From positions 1 to 14,135 of the forward strand of contig CAZOYD010000081.1 in assembly GCA_964583985.1 (NCBI GenBank): a stretch of DNA of 14,135 bases, in the 5' to 3' direction. Shown here in pieces: positions 8,608-14,135 of this stretch; position 1 is the first letter of the stretch; each line of letters begins with the position of its first letter. The notes under the pieces are model-generated. The model was not told the DNA's origin, did no database searches, and saw only the letters and a program-made list of their open reading frames with translations. The stretch comes from an uncultured archaeon (GTDB taxonomy: Archaea; Asgardarchaeota; Lokiarchaeia; Sigyniarchaeales; SOKP01). Both the position numbers and the translations under genes were made by a program.

Positions 8608-9660
8608 TTAGCAAATTCGAGGTATTGCTTCTCCTAAGGGCATATCAACAAACCTCGTTCCACCTACTATAGTCGTTAATAAGACCTTTTTAGGATTGGT
8701 TGCTTCCACAGTTCCAATGATCTCAGCCTCCTTTCCAATTACTGTAGATCGAATCTTCCCGAGAATTTCTTCTGCTTTATTTCCTTCAACAGAAAGTAGT
8801 GCTCTCCCTTCGCACGCTATCGTGTAGGGATCTAAACCGAGCATGTCGCAAATTGCCTCCACTTGTTTCTTAATGGGGATCTTTACTTCTTCTAACACGA
8901 TGCTCACGTTAGATTTACATGCCCAATCATTTAGGGCACCAGCAATACCTCCTCTTGTGGGATCTTTCATGGCATGAATGTAATTATTTTCTCGCTCCAA
9001 TTTTAAAACAGCATGAATTTCTAATAATGATCCCACGTCAGACTCCAAGTCGCTATATATATTTAACCCTTCCCGTGATGATAAAAGTGCCGTCCCATGA
9101 TCTCCAATACTGCCCGTGATGATGATTTTATCTCCTGATTTTAGATTATTATCAAGAATCTTAATCGTTTTTTCCTTGATTCCAATGCCAGTGGTTGCCA
9201 TTATTATTTCATTCAAGCTTCCTTTCGGCATAACCTTCGAGTCTCCCGCTATAATAGCCACATTAGCTTCCCTCGCCGTAAAATTAAATGAATTCACAAT
9301 TTTATCCAAAGTGTCAAACTTAAATCCTTCTTCAATTATTATTATCGACGTCATCGCTAGAGGTGTCGCACCCATCATCAACAAGTCATTAATCGTGCCA
9401 CAAGCACTTAAAATTCCCAAATTACCTCCCGGGAAAAATATTGGATGCACGGTGTGACCATCTGCTGTAACTACAATTTCATTATCATAATCTTCAAGTG
9501 GGATGGTCGCTCCATCATCTAATTCCTCAACACCTATACCCCCATTAACCCTTTTCAAGGAGATGTTTTTCGTGATGAAATTAATGAGCTCGGCTTGCAA
9601 TATGCCCCCGGACCCATGAGAAATTTGAACCACATTTGAACTTAATTTTTTCATAGCCAT
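8608..9660 (-). CDS. hypE: Hydrogenase maturation carbamoyl dehydratase HypE
   Basis: HGSGG, DDGA, archaeal-type DGHTV.P.FFPGG, INDL, GDSKV, DPTRGG and the C-terminal PRIC. The start may be 9654. Confidence 0.97.
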   Translation of the reverse strand: MAMKKLSSNVVQISHGSGGILQAELINFITKNISLKRVNGGIGVEELDDGATIPLEDYDNEIVVTADGHTVHPIFFPGGNLGILSACGTINDLLMMGATPLAMTSIIIIEEGFKFDTLDKIVNSFNFTAREANVAIIAGDSKVMPKGSLNEIIMATTGIGIKEKTIKILDNNLKSGDKIIITGSIGDHGTALLSSREGLNIYSDLESDVGSLLEIHAVLKLERENNYIHAMKDPTRGGIAGALNDWACKSNVSIVLEEVKIPIKKQVEAICDMLGLDPYTIACEGRALLSVEGNKAEEILGKIRSTVIGKEAEIIGTVEATNPKKVLLTTIVGGTRFVDMPLGEAIPRIC

Positions 9661-9752
9661 GATTAATGATACAAATGATTCTAAAATAATAAGAATTTAG
9701 CTAGAAAAGTACATGTTAATTATTTGATTATTTGTAACAAAAATAAAAGGAT

Positions 9753-9762
9753 AAAAAAAAAA
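9753..9762 (-). terminator. Oligo-T (T10) archaeal terminator candidate
   Basis: A10 on the + strand, i.e. T10 on the - strand, 6 nt after the stop of the 9769-9903 ORF. Confidence 0.45.
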
Positions 9763-9768
9763 TTAATT

Positions 9769-9903
9769 TTATAAATTTATGATTGAAGCATTTTCAATGA
9801 TTAAATCAATAATATCATTAGATGCTACTTGTTTAATCTTGTCGGAAACGAAATTGGATAATCCTCGTATTTCCATATTTTCTTTGCATGGTTTAAAGAA
9901 CAT
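9769..9903 (-). pseudogene. 44-codon ORF resembling the C-terminal half of a DsrE/DsrF/TusD-family protein (remnant or mini-protein)
   Basis: Manual translation MFFKPCKENMEIRGLSNFVSDKIKQVASNDIIDLIIENASIINL* matches by eye the DsrE-family pattern xC-x3-M-xx-RG-L...I/V..V...L/I...A.II.L. Followed by a T10 tract. Not in the ORF track (under 60 aa). Confidence 0.5.
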
Positions 9904-10017
9904 CGTAAATAATCCGAATATTTTTTGGTAGAAATATCAATTTTTCGATTACTAATGATATATTATACAACATTAGGATTTTTTTATGAATAGTATCCCA
10001 AATATTTTTATATTGAA

Positions 10018-10518
10018 ATGATTATTTTACACTTGATGGAAATAGATGAAATCAATAAGAAGATTCTAAATATCATTCAAGAAAATGACAAAATTTCCTA
10101 TCAAGAATTGTCAGAACAACTCAATTTAGCAGCTAGTACAATTCACAATCGAGTGAAAAACATGGAAAAAGACGGAATTATAACGCAATATAGCGCGGTA
10201 GTTGACCCTTATAAGGTGGGATTTGGGTCCATAGCTGTAATCGGTCTTACAGTGGATATTCACAAGATGAATGAAATAGCAGAAAAATTGTGTTCGTTTG
10301 ATGAAATCCACATGGTGGGTATTACGTCTGGAGATCACGATATTGTCATACAAACTCTAGCAGAAAATGATAAGAAATTATGGAAATTTATCAATAAGAA
10401 TATTAAGACAATAGATGGTGTTAATTCTAAAATGCACGTGAGTACTTTTTTGGAATTAAATAAAATGAATCATAACATCAAATTTAAACCATCTGAAGAT
10501 GGATCTGAAATCAAATAA
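10018..10518 (+). CDS. Lrp/AsnC family transcriptional regulator
   Basis: IDEINKKILNIIQENDKISYQELSEQLNLAASTIHNRVKNMEKDGII wHTH, VDPYKVG linker, and RAM domain with TSGDHDIVI. The true start is likely the ATG at 10036. Confidence 0.95.
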   Translation: MIILHLMEIDEINKKILNIIQENDKISYQELSEQLNLAASTIHNRVKNMEKDGIITQYSAVVDPYKVGFGSIAVIGLTVDIHKMNEIAEKLCSFDEIHMVGITSGDHDIVIQTLAENDKKLWKFINKNIKTIDGVNSKMHVSTFLELNKMNHNIKFKPSEDGSEIK

Positions 10519-10813
10519 ATTTTTATGGATTAATCTTTCTGAATTTAACTCAGCTCGTTCACTGAACTTTTGATTAAAAGTGCTTTATAATTTTCATCAT
10601 AATATTAAAAAATAAGGACTGAATGCTATATTTTCGTTGTTTTTCTTTTACATTTAATTCACGACTTAAACTGGAAATTGCTCATCAAAAGTTGTTAAAT
10701 AAAAATATGAGCAACCTTGCCACAATTAATCAACTAATGATGCAAATAGAGAATGGTTATTCATAATATTTCACGAAATCTAAAAAATCTTATTCAAAAA
10801 TCCAGATCCTTTT

Positions 10814-10887
10814 TCGAATATTATTAGAAAGATTTATATATAATATCATTCTTATTTAATTTATAGATATAATTATCGAATATTATT
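10814..10887 (+). repeat. 12-bp direct repeat TCGAATATTATT (10814-10825 and 10876-10887)
   Basis: Exact copies 62 bp apart, one on each side of the TATA box. Confidence 0.7.
10827..10840 (+). promoter_or_regulatory. Putative BRE + TATA promoter for the 67-aa ORF
   Basis: GAAAGA-TTTATATA (purine-rich BRE directly before the TATA box), flanked by a 12-bp direct repeat. Confidence 0.55.
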
Positions 10888-10924
10888 CATATTAATTATA
10901 ATCAATGAGAAGGTTGAAAAAATA

Positions 10925-11128
10925 ATGGTGGAAGCAGATATTCAACTTGAAAATAATTTTAGTTGCTTTAATGAAAATTCCATAAAACTTTTAGATGGTA
11001 TTAATCCCAAGAATATTGCTAATTATTTTGAAATGGTAGTAAAGGGTAGTCCTGTTTTAGAATTTACGATTACCAATGAGGATAATAAAATACTATCTCA
11101 CCGGGCTTTAAATGTTGAAATTGGATAA
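10925..11128 (+). CDS. Small hypothetical protein (67 aa)
   Basis: Fills an intergenic gap; upstream BRE/TATA, SD-like GAGAAGGT at 10907-10914 and a downstream T tract; natural globular composition. Confidence 0.65.
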   Translation: MVEADIQLENNFSCFNENSIKLLDGINPKNIANYFEMVVKGSPVLEFTITNEDNKILSHRALNVEIG

Positions 11129-11136
11129 TTAAATAA

Positions 11137-11150
11137 TTTTTTTCTTTTTT
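11137..11150 (+). terminator. Oligo-T terminator candidate
   Basis: TTTTTTTCTTTTTT starting 9 nt after the stop at 11128. Confidence 0.5.
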
Positions 11151-11186
11151 ATTAGAATTATCTAAATTAATTTTAATTAAAAAAAA

Positions 11187-13082
11187 ATGATGATAACACC
11201 AGAAATTATTTATGAAAATATAATAAATAATAACATAACTAAACCTGATGCTATAAATCAATTGAATGCATTAATAGAAAATATTGATGATTATAATACC
11301 AGAAGAGATAGCATACAACTTTTTAATAAGATAGATTGTAAATCTCAAGAGATGTTTGAGATTTTAGAAAATTTACTCATTTCTGATTGCAATGAAAATA
11401 TAAGAAATATTGCTGCGATTTTGATAAAAGAGAAATTTCCAAATAAGGGATTAAATCCTTTACTTTGGGCACTTCAGCATGAATGTAATTATACTTGTTT
11501 AATTAATATTTTATTAATATTAGCAGATATTAACGATTATGCCGTAAAATCCATTCTTATTAATAAAATTAGAAAAATTGATATTGAGGAATTCAAAATA
11601 CCTTCAAGATCCGTTCTTAGAGAAAGTAAGTATGAAAATTTTTCATTAAAAGAATTAATTGAAATATTGATTAATTGTACAACTATATCTTTTTTACAGG
11701 AAAAATATTCATCATTAAAGTATATATTAAAGGACGGAATTGTCGATGAACTGGATTTTTCTAAGGTAGATAACCGAATTATAGATTGGCGTTTTAGAGA
11801 AGAAATTCAAGATTTATCTGAAATAGATGGAATCATTTATCTTAAAAAAATGAGTAAAATTAAATTATTCTCTTTAAATTGGGCGATAAAACACGAATTT
11901 TGCCTTAATTGCTTGATTGAATTAGTAAAAATTCTTGAAAAAATAAGTACTGATGTATCCAGAGACGCCTTTATATCAGAAATAAAGAAGCTAAAAACAA
12001 ATGAATTTAATAATGAAATCGAAGATGTCATCCTCGAAGATGTTTCGAATTCAACATTGGCAAGAATTTTGTTAAATTTAATATGCATGACTTTTTTGAA
12101 ATTAAAATATCCCAAAGTGAGTTATGTAATCAAAAATGGAGAAATCATTGAATTAAATTTAGAAGGAATAAAAGTAGTCACTTTACCAGATTGTATAAAA
12201 TATCTATCTTCACTCACTACATTAAACCTGAAGAATTGTAGCCTCTATAAAATTCCCGATTTTATAGCAGGATTTAAAGCGTTAAAAGAGTTAAATCTAG
12301 AACTGAATAATATAGAAATCATTCCAAGCTCTCTATCTTCACTTAATTCTTTAGCATGTTTGAATGTAAATAAAAACCGAGTGAAAATTCTTCCTTCCTT
12401 CCTGTATGAGTTACCCCATCTTGAACTTCTAAGCATAGAGAATAATAAGTTGAGAGAAATTCCAGATTTTATTGGAAAAGAATGCGCATTAAAAGTTTTA
12501 AACCTGAGAGATAATCAATTAAAATCCATTCCAGAATCACTTAAATCTCTAAAAGATCTTCAATTTCTGGATGTGTCTTCAAATAGTCTTACCGAATTAC
12601 CTTCTTCGATTTGGATGCTCCCATCACTTAAAGATCTAAGGGTAGAGAATAATGAATTGGAAAAAATTCCAGGGTCTTTAAATTCGTGTTCTAATCTCAA
12701 AAATCTAAATTTGGAAGGCAATGAATTAATAGAATTACCTGAATCTTTAAGGTTTCTAAATTCATTAGAAATTTTAAGATTGGGCTGGAACAAGCTGACG
12801 AAACTTCCAAACTCAATAAATGAATTATCTTCTCTAAAATCTTTGACAATAGAAAATAATAATTTGAAATATATTCCCAAAACTATAGGTTCCTTTCACT
12901 CTTTAGAAAACATAAATCTCTCATGTAACAATATAGAAGAACTTCCCAAGGAATTTAGAAAAATGAAATCACTAAAGATATTAAATCTCTACTATAATCA
13001 ATTTTCAAATCTTCCATGTATCTTGAAAATTCTTGCTCCCCTAAAGAATTTAGAAATAAAAGTGAATAATTTGATCCAGTGA
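11187..13082 (+). CDS. Leucine-rich repeat protein with N-terminal HEAT-like helices and a duplicated ~138-aa module
   Basis: 13 full (plus 1 partial) 23-aa LRRs of form LxLxxNxLxxLPxxLxxLxxLxx from about aa 322; N-terminal LENLLISDCNENIRNIAAILI is HEAT-like. Confidence 0.93.
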   Translation: MMITPEIIYENIINNNITKPDAINQLNALIENIDDYNTRRDSIQLFNKIDCKSQEMFEILENLLISDCNENIRNIAAILIKEKFPNKGLNPLLWALQHECNYTCLINILLILADINDYAVKSILINKIRKIDIEEFKIPSRSVLRESKYENFSLKELIEILINCTTISFLQEKYSSLKYILKDGIVDELDFSKVDNRIIDWRFREEIQDLSEIDGIIYLKKMSKIKLFSLNWAIKHEFCLNCLIELVKILEKISTDVSRDAFISEIKKLKTNEFNNEIEDVILEDVSNSTLARILLNLICMTFLKLKYPKVSYVIKNGEIIELNLEGIKVVTLPDCIKYLSSLTTLNLKNCSLYKIPDFIAGFKALKELNLELNNIEIIPSSLSSLNSLACLNVNKNRVKILPSFLYELPHLELLSIENNKLREIPDFIGKECALKVLNLRDNQLKSIPESLKSLKDLQFLDVSSNSLTELPSSIWMLPSLKDLRVENNELEKIPGSLNSCSNLKNLNLEGNELIELPESLRFLNSLEILRLGWNKLTKLPNSINELSSLKSLTIENNNLKYIPKTIGSFHSLENINLSCNNIEELPKEFRKMKSLKILNLYYNQFSNLPCILKILAPLKNLEIKVNNLIQ

Positions 13083-13326
13083 TGATATTATATTTCCGTT
13101 CTAAAAACCAGTCTTAATCTACTATTAGTTCTAATCTTCTTGGTTCATTAAATCTTTATGGTTCATTCTCTTCTAAAATTTAATCATGACTATTCATTCA
13201 TTAAATCTTAATTCTATCATCTATCATTCAAGTTTTTATAGTGAAAATAAACAATATTCGAATTTAGTTTTACTAACCAGATCATTATTCAAAAAAATCT
13301 TATCTAAAATAGCTCAGACTTTCATG

Positions 13327-13350
13327 TGAATCATTGTGAATAATGATTCA
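13327..13350. repeat. Inverted repeat TGAATCATT-N6-AATGATTCA
   Basis: Perfect 9-bp arms with a 6-nt spacer in the intergenic region upstream of the hydrogenase gene. Confidence 0.6.
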
Positions 13351-13482
13351 TAACAAATTAGCACGTTCCTTCTCTTAAAATCGACAAAATTTTCGGTATT
13401 TTTAGATGATTCATGAATACTGCTCCTAAATTAAGAAGATTTTAATATTTTATAATATAATGAAAAATTAATCACAACTAAC

Positions 13483-13512
13483 TAATTTGTTTCACAAATT
13501 AAATCATTTGTG
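13483..13512. promoter_or_regulatory. Overlapping palindromes (candidate operator) upstream of the hydrogenase small subunit
   Basis: TAATTTGT-TTC-ACAAATTA (13483-13501) overlaps CACAAAT-N6-ATTTGTG (13493-13512), just downstream of TATA-like TTTTATAA (13448-13455). Confidence 0.5.
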
Positions 13513-13567
13513 TGATAACTTAGTAAATTGATTAAAACAAATAAAACATAAAATTGATGAATAAAAT

Positions 13568-14135
13568 ATGGCTGTAAAAGTTGCTTTTATGCAGTGTAGC
13601 GATTGCTGGGGTTGTCATCAATCCTTACTGAATGCTCATTTAGGATTGTTGCCAGTTCTTCCAGCACTCGATATCGTATACTGGCCAGCCGTAGTCGATT
13701 TCAAACATGACTCTTTAAAAGCAAGACCTGATGGAGATATATTAGTCGGTTTTGTTGAAGGAAGCTTACGTACTAACGAAGATGTTGAAAATGCGAAACT
13801 CATGAGAGCAAAGTGTCAATTGATCATTGCTTTTGGCGCTTGTTCATGCTATGGAAATGTTCATGGGTTAGCAAATGAATGGGATATACAAGAATCAATC
13901 GACAGAAAATTCAAGCAAGCTGAATCGATCACAAACGAAAATCCTAAGGAACCTACCGAACACATGCCTGGTTTTACGAAAAAAATCGTTCCCGTTGATG
14001 AAATCATCAAGGTAGATGCTTACATCCCCGGGTGTCCCCCTAAACCAGAAGCCATTATCAGTGCAGTCCAATTTCTACTCGGACAGAAACCACAACCAAT
14101 GGCTGATGCTGCATTTTGCAGTGAATGCGTGTTAA
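13568..14135 (+). CDS. mvhG: [NiFe]-hydrogenase group 3 small subunit, MvhG/VhuG-like (3' truncated by the window)
   Basis: Manual translation MAVKVAFMQCSDCWGCHQS...FVEGSLR...FGACSCYGNVHGLAN...VDAYIPGCPP...FCSECVL is open to the window end. It has proximal-cluster CxxC, GxC and PGCPP motifs, the start of the CxxC medial segment, and no Tat leader. Absent from the ORF track because no stop codon is in the window. Confidence 0.88.
   Translation, partial: MAVKVAFMQCSDCWGCHQSLLNAHLGLLPVLPALDIVYWPAVVDFKHDSLKARPDGDILVGFVEGSLRTNEDVENAKLMRAKCQLIIAFGACSCYGNVHGLANEWDIQESIDRKFKQAESITNENPKEPTEHMPGFTKKIVPVDEIIKVDAYIPGCPPKPEAIISAVQFLLGQKPQPMADAAFCSECVL

Noticed and set aside
8919-9457. + strand ORFs of 66 and 113 aa
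   Set aside because: Antisense to hypE.
9937-9939. In-frame TGA upstream of the DsrE-like ORF as a possible selenocysteine codon
   Set aside because: A TAA lies 4 codons further upstream with no start codon between, the TGA does not align with a catalytic Cys position, and no convincing SECIS was seen.
10539-10586. Cluster of short palindromes after lrp (CTGA..TCAG, GTTCA-C-TGAAC, CTTTT..AAAAG)
   Set aside because: Arms of only 4-5 bp, which cannot be distinguished from chance.
10678-10714. Inverted repeat TTGCTCAT-N21-ATGAGCAA
   Set aside because: Single 8-bp stem with a long loop; no target duplication or second copy to support a MITE or ncRNA.
10126-12880. Minus-strand ORFs 10126-10353, 11070-11261, 11837-12115, 12245-12436 and 12560-12880
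   Set aside because: Antisense shadows of lrp, the 67-aa ORF and the LRR gene; their periodicity mirrors LRR codons.
13141-13209. Short direct repeats (TGGTTCATT x2, TTCATTAAATCTT x2) as a possible mini-CRISPR or gene remnant
   Set aside because: Irregular spacing, too short, low complexity; minus-strand translation gives only tiny ORFs.
14133-14135. Terminal TAA as the stop of the hydrogenase small subunit
   Set aside because: Out of frame (reads GTG TTA A); the gene continues beyond the window.

Overview
AT-rich archaeal window. Low GC, archaeal-type HypE/MvhG/Lrp proteins and a helical-repeat + LRR protein suggest an Asgard/Lokiarchaeia-like origin, which is an inference. Left to right: two tail-to-tail amidophosphoribosyltransferase (purF) paralogs, one canonical and one whose glutaminase site is fully degenerate; a minus-strand [NiFe]-hydrogenase maturation set (hypF, hypD, hypE) interleaved with a class C beta-lactamase-family serine hydrolase and an opposite-strand MNT-HEPN toxin-antitoxin pair; an unlisted 44-codon DsrE-like ORF or remnant; an Lrp/AsnC regulator; a 67-aa orphan with its own promoter and terminator signals; a 631-aa LRR protein with an internal ~138-aa tandem duplication; and, missing from the ORF track, the 5' part of an MvhG-like hydrogenase small subunit running off the right edge. 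A recurring intergenic motif (CGAATATTNTT) and nested TGTGA/TCACA palindromes point to an undescribed regulatory circuit around the hydrogenase. No rRNA, tRNA, CRISPR or IS element was recognised.
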